From Verrucomicrobiota bacterium (GTDB lineage: Bacteria > Verrucomicrobiota > Verrucomicrobiia > Opitutales > Coraliomargaritaceae), in contig JBCBZJ010000002.1 of assembly GCA_039815375.1 (NCBI GenBank), positions 1 through 64,000 on the forward strand: DNA of 64,000 nucleotides. The letters run 5' to 3'. Under the pieces are notes generated by a model. That model saw only the letters and a program-made list of their open reading frames with translations. It was not told the DNA's origin and did not search any database. Of this stretch, positions 1 to 8,695 are shown piece after piece (position 1 is the first letter of the stretch; each line of letters opens with the position of its first letter). The position numbers and the translations under genes are program-made.

Positions 1-308
1 AGTTGGAAGTTTTGAAAGACGAAACCGATGTGCTCGCCGCGAAATGCCGCACGATCATCTTCGCTCATCCCGACAATATCCGTCCCAAGTAGAACCGTTT
101 TCCCTTCTGTCGGAAGATCCAGCCCTGCGCATAGGCCCAGCAGAGTCGTCTTGCCACTGCCCGAGGGGCCGACGATGGCGAGACGCTCTCCCTGTGGTAC
201 CTCAAGATTGATATCGGCGAGCACAGTGAGATTGCTGTGACCGGACTGGTAGGTGCGGGATAGACGCTCGAGTCGTAGAGCAGCAGGTTTTTCGGCGGTG
301 GCTTGCAT
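1..308 (-). CDS. ABC transporter ATP-binding protein (YbbA/LolD-like), runs off window start
   Basis: Manual minus-strand translation from ATG 308: MQATAEK...[15 protein letters not shown] (Walker A)...[11 protein letters not shown]. Divergent from a GDSL esterase, as in the ybbA/tesA arrangement. Not in the ORF track because it is truncated. Confidence 0.9.
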   Translation of the reverse strand, partial: MQATAEKPAALRLERLSRTYQSGHSNLTVLADINLEVPQGERLAIVGPSGSGKTTLLGLCAGLDLPTEGKTVLLGTDIVGMSEDDRAAFRGEHIGFVFQNFQ

Positions 309-335
309 TAGCGGAGGAATCGTATGGATTAAAGT

Positions 336-992
336 ATGTCTTACAACCGACTTTCGAGTGCGTTCCTTCAAACCATTGTTATATGGTTGTTGCTATGGAT
401 CTCTTCTCTTTCTGCAGCGACTGCTGAAAATGGAGAAAGCTCGGTGCGAGTTCTTTTCTTTGGCGACAGTCTTACTGCGGGCTACGGGCTCGATCCGTCA
501 CAAGCTTATCCGTCGCTGGTTGAGCAAAAGATAGAAAAGGCCGGTTTGGATGCTACGGTCTCAGTCGGTGCCGTCAGTGGCGATACGAGTGCAGGCGGCT
601 TGCGTCGGATCGATTGGATGCTGCGCCAACGGATCGACGTCTTCGTGCTCGCGTTGGGTGCGAACGACGGTCTGCGTGGCTCTGACCTCGCTAAGACGGA
701 AAAAAATCTTCAGGCGATTATCGACCGTGTCCTTGTGAAATATCCTAATGCGAAAATTGTAATCGCAGGTATGCGCATGCCTCCGAGCCTGGGTGCCAAT
801 TATACAAAACGGTTCGCTGCCATTTATCCAAAACTTGCCAAAGCAAATGACGCCGCCCTTATTCCTTTCCTACTCGAGGGTGTAGCAGGAATCGCTCAGT
901 TCAATCTGCCCGACCGTATTCATCCTAACGCTCGCGGCCATAAACGGCTTGCTGAGAATGTTTGGGAGATCATAGAGCCCGAACTGAAGTAG
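336..992 (+). CDS. tesA: Arylesterase / acyl-CoA thioesterase I (SGNH/GDSL family), exported
   Basis: FFGDSLTAGYG, SGDTSAGG, LGANDGLRG and DRIHPN blocks; hydrophobic signal peptide. Confidence 0.88.
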   Translation: MSYNRLSSAFLQTIVIWLLLWISSLSAATAENGESSVRVLFFGDSLTAGYGLDPSQAYPSLVEQKIEKAGLDATVSVGAVSGDTSAGGLRRIDWMLRQRIDVFVLALGANDGLRGSDLAKTEKNLQAIIDRVLVKYPNAKIVIAGMRMPPSLGANYTKRFAAIYPKLAKANDAALIPFLLEGVAGIAQFNLPDRIHPNARGHKRLAENVWEIIEPELK

Positions 993-1154
993 AAGAGGAG
1001 GAATGAGCTGGTTTACCGACGCGAAAGAAGAAGGCTGATGTATTTTAGGGTGGAATCTTCTGGCGTTGCTTGAAGACAAAGGTTTAGTGCGAATATTGAT
1101 TATTTCCGCATTTTTCTCATCTGGCAGGTGGCACCTTAAATCTTCGAAACGATT

Positions 1155-1553
1155 ATGAAAATAAACAACATCATCTATTTCATCTCTACGGGAATACTGA
1201 CATTCTTTCTTGTTTTTGGTGGGCTGGTCTATCTTTCCGGTTCCGAGCGTATCCTCGTTGCCTTCAGTAATGAGATGGCGAATGGGCACAATGCGATTGG
1301 TTTCCCCGGTTGGTTGATCATTCCAATGGCTATTATGAAGATCAGCGGTGCTTTGGCGCTTTGGCTTCCCCTCGTGCCCAAATGGATCCGCGAGTGGGCT
1401 TATGCCGGTATTTTCTTTAACATGCTGCTGGCTATTGGTGCGCATGTTTTCAATCCGATCAATCCGAATGATACAGATCTTATTGCGATTCTCCCGTTTG
1501 TCATGGTCATTGTTTCCCGCGCGACACTCTTCCGGAAAGAAGCCAATGGTTGA
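1155..1553 (+). CDS. DoxX-like membrane protein
   Basis: About 4 TM segments; GFPGW...K..GALAL...REWAYAGIFF...AIGAH pattern of the DoxX_2 family. Confidence 0.8.
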   Translation: MKINNIIYFISTGILTFFLVFGGLVYLSGSERILVAFSNEMANGHNAIGFPGWLIIPMAIMKISGALALWLPLVPKWIREWAYAGIFFNMLLAIGAHVFNPINPNDTDLIAILPFVMVIVSRATLFRKEANG

Positions 1554-1664
1554 GTTTTGGGTCACTTCGGTTTCGGCTTAAAATTCGGTATTCGCATTTA
1601 AATTAGAGAAAAGTATTACAACCTGGGATCGACTAAAAATTACTACAAAAAGGTAAGGCAAGAT

Positions 1665-2351
1665 TCAGATATCTTCAGAGGGTCGCTTCCTGTACATTCC
1701 GATCTGTGTAGCAATTGCCAGCGCGAAGAGGATACCGTAGGTTTTTGGTTCCGGGATAGGCGTGTAATCATAGGTCCACGCTACCGTGCCGCCGTTGTAA
1801 TCGACAACGCCATTGGTGAGTCCAACACTGCTGATATCGAACTCGAAATCGCCTTCAAGAACCAGGTCGAAGGTTCCTGTTCCGGTGACCTCATCGACGA
1901 TTAGATCGAACTGAAAGGATGACAGCGATGGCTCATTTGGCGAAATACCTGCCATAATGTTGAACTCACTATCGGGTCCGCCACCTGTGCCATTGCCGGA
2001 CCCGTCGTTGGAAAAGAGGATATCGTTTGCAGAGAAGAATCCGCCAAAAGTTATGCTGATTCCGCCTCCCGAGTCGCCCGCCGTTCCCGTTGCCGTAAAA
2101 CTTAAGTCATAGAACAACTGGATGCCATTTAACGTGCCCAGCGACGGATCAAATTGATCGGGAGTCAGGCTAAGATACTCAAACGGATCAAGGGTGGTGC
2201 TGTCTCCGGTCGGACCGATGATTTGAGAATCTGCGGGGATGACGAAGTTCTGCGTAATCTGGATCGCCCCTCGAACCGTATGTGCCAGTCCCAGCGCCAA
2301 AGTTGTAATCGTGAGAATAATTTTAGGCGAAGAAGGGAGTCTACTTATCAT
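1665..2351 (-). CDS. PEP-CTERM surface protein (choice-of-anchor E-like FDPSLGTL motif)
   Basis: Signal peptide; C-terminal IPEP + hydrophobic helix + RKR; paralog of 2526-3236. Confidence 0.85.
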   Translation of the reverse strand: MISRLPSSPKIILTITTLALGLAHTVRGAIQITQNFVIPADSQIIGPTGDSTTLDPFEYLSLTPDQFDPSLGTLNGIQLFYDLSFTATGTAGDSGGGISITFGGFFSANDILFSNDGSGNGTGGGPDSEFNIMAGISPNEPSLSSFQFDLIVDEVTGTGTFDLVLEGDFEFDISSVGLTNGVVDYNGGTVAWTYDYTPIPEPKTYGILFALAIATQIGMYRKRPSEDI

Positions 2352-2525
2352 TGGTGAATACGATTTTTTAGGATTTCAACATGGATCATTGAGCCGAAAG
2401 GTGGGGATTTTCTAGCTTAGGCCATCCGTTCGGTAGTGAATTTCAGAAACGAGCTTCCGGAACGAAACGGGATTCAACAATTTGCTGTAGCTGTGGTGAC
2501 CACCAGGGCGCTTCGGGTTCAAATG

Positions 2526-3236
2526 TCAGCTCGACGAATTCGGGTGGAATGACTTCCTGCGCATATTTACCCAAGCAATAACCGTTAAACCGAAGAGGAT
2601 ACCGTAAGAGCTTGGCTCCGGGACCGGGGTGTAAGTATAGGATAAGGAAACGGTCCCGCCGTCAAAATCAGCGATGGCATCATTACTGTCCAGAGATCCG
2701 GCGTCTAAGAAAACGTTTCCGACCATGGTGAAATTATATGTTTCCGCTCCGGTGCCGTTGATGGCTCCTAGAATTGTAGAACTTAATCCCAGGTCGATCT
2801 CACCACTGCCCGAGAGTCCGGTTGAAATATTGATTGCCTCTCCCTCGTTGCCGCTAAATCCAGTGCCACCTCCAGTGCCGTCGAAGGCCTCGCCGTCAAC
2901 GCTGAACCCACCATCAAGGAGAAGAAGCAACAAGGCGCCGTCACTGCCCGCTGTTCCCGTTGCGGAGAGATCCATGTCGTAGGTGTAAGTCACAGACTCC
3001 AAGGTGCCGAGCGATGTATTGAAGGTATTGGCCGACACATTGAAATAAACGAAATTATTGATCACAGAAAGGCTGCCGGTTGGCCCAGCAATATTGGCTT
3101 GGGGGCCGATAACGAAATTCTGGGTTATGTTCAGTGCGGCTAAACTCCAAAGAGGTGCTGCAGCCAATGCAGCAATCACCGTGATCAAAGATTTTGCGGT
3201 ATGATTCATAGTATTCTGGATGTTGTACAGCTTCAT
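2526..3236 (-). CDS. PEP-CTERM surface protein, paralog of 1665-2351
   Basis: Shares ITQNFVI, SLGTL, ATGTAG and GGTV..Y.YTP with the neighbour; C-terminal VPEPSSYGILFG...RRK. Confidence 0.85.
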   Translation of the reverse strand: MKLYNIQNTMNHTAKSLITVIAALAAAPLWSLAALNITQNFVIGPQANIAGPTGSLSVINNFVYFNVSANTFNTSLGTLESVTYTYDMDLSATGTAGSDGALLLLLLDGGFSVDGEAFDGTGGGTGFSGNEGEAINISTGLSGSGEIDLGLSSTILGAINGTGAETYNFTMVGNVFLDAGSLDSNDAIADFDGGTVSLSYTYTPVPEPSSYGILFGLTVIAWVNMRRKSFHPNSSS

Positions 3237-3283
3237 TTTAATTTGCTAACGTGCTTGGAGAATCGTTCCAAAGTTTACGCCGA

Positions 3284-3420
3284 TCACCCATCCACGGTGA
3301 TTTCGACTCGGTTGAAATTGCGGTCGCTGACCAGATTGAATTCGAGGGTGACGAGCTCGTAGCGGCCCCGTCCCCGGGCGTATTGCATCGTGCTGGCGAG
3401 ACCTGTCTGGTGCGCGTGCG
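3284..3420 (-). pseudogene. Probable 3' remnant of a secreted-protein gene
   Basis: Frame ending at TGA 3284-3286 reads ...QTGLASTMQYARGRGRYELVTLEFNLVSDRNFNRVEITVDG* with GC-rich third positions; no plausible full gene; 5' boundary approximate. Confidence 0.35.
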
Positions 3421-3507
3421 ATCGGGGACCAACCTGCGCTATTTCTAATTTTGTTCTGATAGGACCTCTTGGTTGGAGTGAGCTCTTAAGTTTGAAGGGC
3501 CGCAGAA

Positions 3508-5178
3508 CTATCGCCGTCTGCGCCTAGCAGTGTAAAAAATTGAAAGAATGCCGAAAATAAATGTGCTGGAACTCGGTTCGGGAACTGCTCCAAATTCGAA
3601 GGCTCCGATGTCGGCTTGAGTGCCAGCCGGGCGAAGGAAACCGCGTTGGTCGGTTGGTTGTGGTGTGGAGCCAGCGTCGATCGCGTCGCTCAGGCTACTG
3701 AGTGCGTGAGTGGGAGTAGGTCCTCCGTTTTCAGCTAAAGGTTCAAGCCCGGCGAATGCATTGAATTGGTCTCCGGAGGCTGAAGCGACAATCCCACCGC
3801 CGTCGTCGTCGAAGAGGTTAAAACCATTAGAGGTTACCGGTCCGTTGACCGAGTCAGGTGCACCGTTTTGAGTATTGTCTGAGACGATGGAGTTTTCGAT
3901 TTCCAAGGTGTTTGTGCCATCATCACCGAAGCGGACTCCACTGCCGTCGCGACTTCCTGTCTCGTTGAATGCGATGGTGCTGTTTGTAATCACAGCGGAA
4001 ACTCCCTCGGCGATCAGAATTCCACCACCCCCTTCATCCGTCGTGTTGCCACTGATTGTGCTGTTTTCTACCAGGACATTGCCATCCCGCACGGCGATGA
4101 TTCCCCCACCGCTGCCTTCGGATGCAACGTTACCGCTGACGGTCGATTGCCGCACCGTAAGTTCTGAATCATCCGAGCGGATACCGCCGCCGTCGCTGGC
4201 TGCCTCGTTTCCGCTGACTGTTGAACGCTCGACGATTACAATGGATCCATCCTGAGACTGTATTCCTCCAGCATTTCCCTGGGAGGTGTTCTGATTAATC
4301 TCGCTATCGGTGATCGTCACTTCGGCACCGCCGAAAATGATAAGACCGCCGCCGTCTTCATCAGTCGTTTGCGCTTCGTTCTCGTTGATCGTTGAGTTAC
4401 TGATATTTACAGTTGCGCCATTTATGCGGATTCCCGCTCCAGAGCGCTCTCCAGTATTGTTCGATATATTCGAGTCGGTGATGTTTACGACGCCACCACT
4501 TAAGGACAGGGCTCCGCCAATTCCGCCAGCTGGATTTCCGCTAATCGTTGCTGTGTTATTGGTGAATTGGGAGCTGTTGATGTTGAGGTTGCTGCCTCCA
4601 GTTGTATTGAGTGCGCCTCCCTGAAGGCTATTGTTGCCGGAAAAGATGCTATTATCGATAGTTCCGGTTCCGCCGCCTCCCAAACGAACTGCGCCCCCTG
4701 TCAAGCCGCTGTTTCCAATGAATGAACTATTGTAAATGTTTAAATCACCTCCTCCGACAAAGATGGCACCCCCACTGCCTGAAGCGGTGAAATTCTGAAT
4801 CGTAAAATCGAGTAGTGAAAAGGTGCCGGAGGTCTGGACAAAGGCGCGGTCTCCGGCGGAGGTGCCGTCGAAGGTGACGCCAAAGCCATTGCTACTGATC
4901 GTTATATCGCTGGTGATCGTAGGTAGCGCGCTACCGAAGTTCAGCGTTCCCCCGACTTGAAAGCTGATTTGATCGAAGCCGGATGACTGCTCAGCCTCTG
5001 TAATTGCATCGCGTAAGGATCCGGTACCGCTATCAAAAAGGTTGGTAACAAAAAACACGTTCGCGTGAATGTGACTACTGATGAGTAATGCAGCCAGACT
5101 ACCGACGACTAGAGAGCGAAAACGATATGGAGAGCTCAGACCTGTGGAAGAGCGGTTACTGTTACTGGGTTCAGTCAT
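3508..5178 (-). CDS. PEP-CTERM protein with right-handed beta-helix repeats and choice-of-anchor Q domain
   Basis: N-terminal DSGTGSLRDAI; repeated STISGN..GGGI; LAENGGPTPTHAL..S.AIDAG..TDQRG..R...DIGAFE; C-terminal VPEP-TM-RRRR. Confidence 0.9.
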   Translation of the reverse strand: MTEPSNSNRSSTGLSSPYRFRSLVVGSLAALLISSHIHANVFFVTNLFDSGTGSLRDAITEAEQSSGFDQISFQVGGTLNFGSALPTITSDITISSNGFGVTFDGTSAGDRAFVQTSGTFSLLDFTIQNFTASGSGGAIFVGGGDLNIYNSSFIGNSGLTGGAVRLGGGGTGTIDNSIFSGNNSLQGGALNTTGGSNLNINSSQFTNNTATISGNPAGGIGGALSLSGGVVNITDSNISNNTGERSGAGIRINGATVNISNSTINENEAQTTDEDGGGLIIFGGAEVTITDSEINQNTSQGNAGGIQSQDGSIVIVERSTVSGNEAASDGGGIRSDDSELTVRQSTVSGNVASEGSGGGIIAVRDGNVLVENSTISGNTTDEGGGGILIAEGVSAVITNSTIAFNETGSRDGSGVRFGDDGTNTLEIENSIVSDNTQNGAPDSVNGPVTSNGFNLFDDDGGGIVASASGDQFNAFAGLEPLAENGGPTPTHALSSLSDAIDAGSTPQPTDQRGFLRPAGTQADIGAFEFGAVPEPSSSTFIFGILSIFYTARRRRR

Positions 5179-5248
5179 TACGGCTTTTCATGAGTTAGAA
5201 TTTGAGTGCGAGCTACTGAGTCCCGCGAAGCGTGCCTATTATTTTCAG

Positions 5249-5284
5249 AGGTTAGCATACCGAAGGTAAATGCACGGTGAATGA
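5249..5284 (-). promoter_or_regulatory. Putative OmpR-type tandem box plus extended -10 upstream of 3508-5178
   Basis: Minus strand TCATTCAC-cgtgca-TTTACCTT-cggta-TGCTAacct; same elements and spacing as 7679-7714. Confidence 0.7.
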
Positions 5285-5344
5285 AACGCGTAAATTTTCC
5301 CTTAATTGCCTTAGGCCTCGCTACTTTGACGCGGGAATACCGGA

Positions 5345-5508
5345 CCCTGGAACTGAATTCCGAGGCTACAAGGATGCCGATTTGTAGCCTCGATTCTCGG
5401 AATCGGGGAGTGTTCTGTCGGGAGGATCCGCGAAGCCCCGGAATTGAATTCCTAGGCTACGTCAATACCAGTAGTGCAGATAATCCCGGAACAGAATTCC
5501 TAGGCTAC
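5345..5508. repeat. GTAG-type REP cluster (4 x 25 bp units)
   Basis: Units at 5345-5369(-), 5384-5408(+), 5436-5460(-) and 5484-5508(-); consensus GTAG-CCTCGG-N9-CCGGGG hairpin. Confidence 0.85.
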
Positions 5509-6995
5509 GCCGAAGCAGGTGCGTTCGTCGGTATCCGAAATTCGAATACGGTCGAGCTTCCCGGTTGGCTCCTGACGTGGATCGTGCCACCATGCGCTTC
5601 GACGATGGCTTTTGAGATTGCCAGCCCTAGGCCCGAACTCGGTCCGAGTAGGGCGGCTCGACTACTCCAGACACTTTTCTGCTCCTGGAAGAAGCGGTCG
5701 AAAAGTTTTTCGCGTTGCTCGGCAGGAATTCCTACACCGCTGTCCTCGACCTCAACCACGGCCCAGCCGTCTTTCTCTTTTACACTCAAGTAAATATTTA
5801 CGACATCCGGGTTATGCTTCACGGCGTTCGTGATTAAATTGGCGATGACTTGTTCGATGCGGAAGGGATCACAATAAGCGCTGCAGCTCTGCGCCTGACA
5901 AAATAGTCGAGAGCCCTCGGCCTCAATCATCGGTCGGTAATCTTCGGTGATCGTCTTAATCAGTAGGTCTAGTGCCAAGTCTTCCCGATCCAGTTCAATT
6001 TGACCGGCATCATAACGCGAAAGCTCTAAAAGATCGTCGACGATGCGCTTAAGCCGGGCGAGTGAGCGATCGCAGATTTCAAAGATGTGCTGGTAGTCTG
6101 CTTCGGAGCGCTCGCCCGTCTGGCCGCGCTTGACTTGAGCAATCAATGCCGTGAGGGGAGTCCGCAGCTCATGAGAGGCATCTGCAGTAAATGCAATCTG
6201 GCGATCAAAGAGTTTCTCAAGCGAGGAAAAGGTCGCATTCAAGTCAGAAGTGAGTTCCGCGATTTCCAGCGAACTTCGTTCGTGGATCGGTTCGATGCGT
6301 TCGGAAAGCTTTCCGGAGGCAACATCTCTTGTCTTCTGTCTAATGTGGCCGAGGGGCCGAAGAGATCTAAAAACCAGAAAATTGCCGACCAAAATGGCAC
6401 CGCCTACGAGGATGGCACCGGCAGCGAGCAGTTGGGTCTTCAATCGATTAAGCTTTGTTTCAATACCTTCTGTATAGCGACCAACGATAGCGCTTTTATC
6501 GCGCACTCGTTGAAAGATCTCTCGCCGCTCGCCGGGGATTATTTTTTGCCATGCCCCCCGGGCACGGATGTTCGGGCGCTCAATCGCTGGTGCGTTTTCT
6601 GATTGAACGACCGGATCATCACCGGAGCTATCCCAGATAAGGAAATAGTATCCCTGCGTCTCCAGAACCGCTTTGAAAGTCTCGACGGGGCCACCATGTT
6701 TGGGACGTTTTTCCTCATTATAATCCGGCTGGAATCCGACGGGTTTCCATTCCGGTGGAATATCCTCCCATCCTACACCGGGGCGTTCGAGCTTCACCGA
6801 GGGATTGGCGCGCTCCATTTTCAAACGCTCCACATAGTGCATCAGCGTTTGGCGGGAGTGAATCAGCATCCAGTCGGTTTCTCGGATGATGATTTCGCGT
6901 TCATGTTGATAAAACAGAACACCAAGCACCAGCGCAAGGGTGACGAGGATCAAGCCATGCCAGAACTGAATTTTCCATTTAAGCGACCAACGCAT
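5505..6995 (-). CDS. Sensor histidine kinase (TM-periplasmic-TM-HAMP-HisKA-HATPase)
   Basis: ADASHELRTPL H-box, NLITNAVKH N-box, EDSGVGI, GLGLAI G-box. Confidence 0.95.
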   Translation of the reverse strand: MRWSLKWKIQFWHGLILVTLALVLGVLFYQHEREIIIRETDWMLIHSRQTLMHYVERLKMERANPSVKLERPGVGWEDIPPEWKPVGFQPDYNEEKRPKHGGPVETFKAVLETQGYYFLIWDSSGDDPVVQSENAPAIERPNIRARGAWQKIIPGERREIFQRVRDKSAIVGRYTEGIETKLNRLKTQLLAAGAILVGGAILVGNFLVFRSLRPLGHIRQKTRDVASGKLSERIEPIHERSSLEIAELTSDLNATFSSLEKLFDRQIAFTADASHELRTPLTALIAQVKRGQTGERSEADYQHIFEICDRSLARLKRIVDDLLELSRYDAGQIELDREDLALDLLIKTITEDYRPMIEAEGSRLFCQAQSCSAYCDPFRIEQVIANLITNAVKHNPDVVNIYLSVKEKDGWAVVEVEDSGVGIPAEQREKLFDRFFQEQKSVWSSRAALLGPSSGLGLAISKAIVEAHGGTIHVRSQPGSSTVFEFRIPTNAPASA

Positions 6996-6999
6996 AACT

Positions 7000-7656
7000 T
7001 CAGGGTTTATTAATCGTATAACCCAGGTTTCTCCGGTTCACGATTAAGTCTTTCCCCAGTTTCTTGCGCAATTGGTAAATCTGAACTTTGAGCACAGAAG
7101 TGTCTCCCTCGTTCTCATCGTCGTTTACGGCATCGATGATCTCGGATGAGCGAATGACCTGACCCTGTCGCTGTGCGAGATAGACGAGGATACGGTATTC
7201 TGCGGGAGTCAGTATGACGGTCGATTCATTTCGACGCACCTCTTTGGCCGCCAAATCGATCTGTACTGTTCCAAGGTCGATGTTGTTTTTACTTTGTGCG
7301 AAACGTCTTCGAGTCACTGCCCTGACCCGGGCTAGTAGCTCGGCCGGCTCGAAGGGTTTGACCATGAAATCATCCGCACCGCCATTCAGACCCTTCAGGC
7401 GATGGTCAAGTTCGCCCAACGCGGTCAGCATGATTACGGGCGTGTCACTCTTATCGCGGATAGTCCTCAAGGCCTCCCAACCGGTTACCTTTGGGAGCAT
7501 TACATCAAGTATGATGGCGTCATATTCCCAATTTTGCGCACGGTAGATACCTTCGATTCCATCACTCACCGCATCCACAAGGTATCCACCTTCGGTTAGT
7601 ATCTGCTCGAGGCTCACTCTAACATCCGGACTGTCTTCAATTACAAGAATCTTCAT
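7000..7656 (-). CDS. OmpR/PhoB-family response regulator
   Basis: MKILVIEDS...ILDVMLP...GADDFMVKPF receiver domain plus winged helix (LTPAEY..V.IYQLRKKL). ATG 7656 preferred over 7677 because the predicted -10 lies at 7679-7684. Confidence 0.93.
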   Translation of the reverse strand: MKILVIEDSPDVRVSLEQILTEGGYLVDAVSDGIEGIYRAQNWEYDAIILDVMLPKVTGWEALRTIRDKSDTPVIMLTALGELDHRLKGLNGGADDFMVKPFEPAELLARVRAVTRRRFAQSKNNIDLGTVQIDLAAKEVRRNESTVILTPAEYRILVYLAQRQGQVIRSSEIIDAVNDDENEGDTSVLKVQIYQLRKKLGKDLIVNRRNLGYTINKP

Positions 7657-7678
7657 GGCTGTCCCAGCGTTTCTCATG

Positions 7679-7714
7679 AAAGTAGCACAATAAAGGTAAA
7701 CGCTGAGTGAATGA
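7679..7714 (-). promoter_or_regulatory. Putative autoregulatory OmpR-type tandem box plus extended -10
   Basis: Minus strand TCATTCAC-tcagcg-TTTACCTT-tattg-TGCTActtt; matches 5249-5284. Confidence 0.7.
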
Positions 7715-7749
7715 CTTCGATAAAGCCAGAATTTCTGCTCGGTGTGAAT

Positions 7750-7819
7750 CCCCGAAACAGAGTTTCGAGGCTACGAGAGAGAGTTCGGAGGCATGTAGCC
7801 TCGGCTCTCAGAGCCGGGG
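7750..7819. repeat. Inverted GTAG-REP doublet downstream of RAYT
   Basis: 7750-7774(-) GTAGCCTCGAAACTCTGTTTCGGGG and 7795-7819(+) GTAGCCTCGGCTCTCAGAGCCGGGG. Confidence 0.85.
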
Positions 7820-7849
7820 TTAGCGTGATGATCGTTCGCAAACTCAGGT

Positions 7850-8380
7850 CTATTCGCCCGAAAAATCCAGAAGCGAGGTCCGATAGGCATTGAAGCATCG
7901 CCAAAAAGCATGAGCATCCCACGGATCAAGCTCGGGAAATCCGGGGACGAGACTAGCTGCATACGACCAATCTTCGATGGATTCGACAAGACCTGCACGA
8001 ACCGGATTTTCTCGTAGATATTGGCAGGCATCTGCAAAACGGTCGCCTTTGCGTTCCTCCTCTCGTAAAATATGATCATGGGCCTGTTTCTGCCAAGTGA
8101 TTGGCAAATGGCGTCTCAAAAATTTAGTCGCTTTGAGTTGATCACTTGATGGATGCGCGCCGACGAAGATAAGATGCAAGTGGTCCGGCATCAAAACATA
8201 GCGTGCACATCCGAGGTAATAACGTGTGCAGGTGTGTAAAAGCACTTCGCGAAAAAGGGCATGGAAAGTCGCATCTAACCAATCTGTTGTGCGATCCTGC
8301 GCAACGTAAGTCCAAAGCACATGGGCAGTCCCCTGATAGCATTCCGGGGCTAAGCGTGGGAGACGTCGCTGGGTCCACAT
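7850..8380 (-). mobile_element. REP-associated tyrosine transposase (RAYT, Y1/HUH, IS200/IS605 superfamily)
   Basis: YVLMPDHLH (HUH), WQ...HDHILR, QYLRENPVRAGLV (catalytic Tyr); REPs on both sides; no tnpB. Confidence 0.9.
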
Positions 8381-8432
8381 AGCTTGAAAAGGTCATGGAC
8401 GTTAGGATGATGCGAGGGTAAAATGCGCTGTA

Positions 8433-8676
8433 CCCCGGAACTGAGTTCCGAGGCCACGCGCTTGAGTTCCGAGGCTACGAGTTTGAGTTTGGAGGCATGT
8501 AGCCTCGGCTCTCGGAGCCGGGGAGCGTTGAATGGAGACCCCGGAAACCCCCGAACTGAGTTCGGAGGCTACATTTTGAGTTCTGCTACAAGTTTGAGTT
8601 CGGAGGCTACGAGTTTGAGTTTGGAGGCTATACGCCAGAATTCGGAGGGATGTAGCCTTGGCTCTCGGAGCCGGGG
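8433..8676. repeat. GTAG-REP cluster with tandem half-REP expansions upstream of RAYT
   Basis: Full units at 8433-8457(-), 8499-8523(+), 8548-8572(-) and 8652-8676(+), separated by about 21-bp repeats of TTTGAGTTYGGAGGCTAC. Confidence 0.85.
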
Positions 8677-8695
8677 TTAATACCCAAGAGACCTA

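Noticed and set aside
870..1565. 231-aa minus-strand ORF and other antisense ORFs (e.g. 26166-26606, 60719-61531, 63192-63437)
   Set aside because: Shadows of well-supported genes on the opposite strand, with no recognisable motifs
8433..8676. Possible CRISPR array
   Set aside because: Units alternate in orientation, spacers are themselves repeat-derived, there are no cas genes, and the adjacent RAYT explains them as REPs
8423..8680. 85-aa ORF with SSEATSL repeats (also 5281-5793 and 7711-7893)
   Set aside because: Translation artefacts of REP repeats or antisense overlap with the kinase
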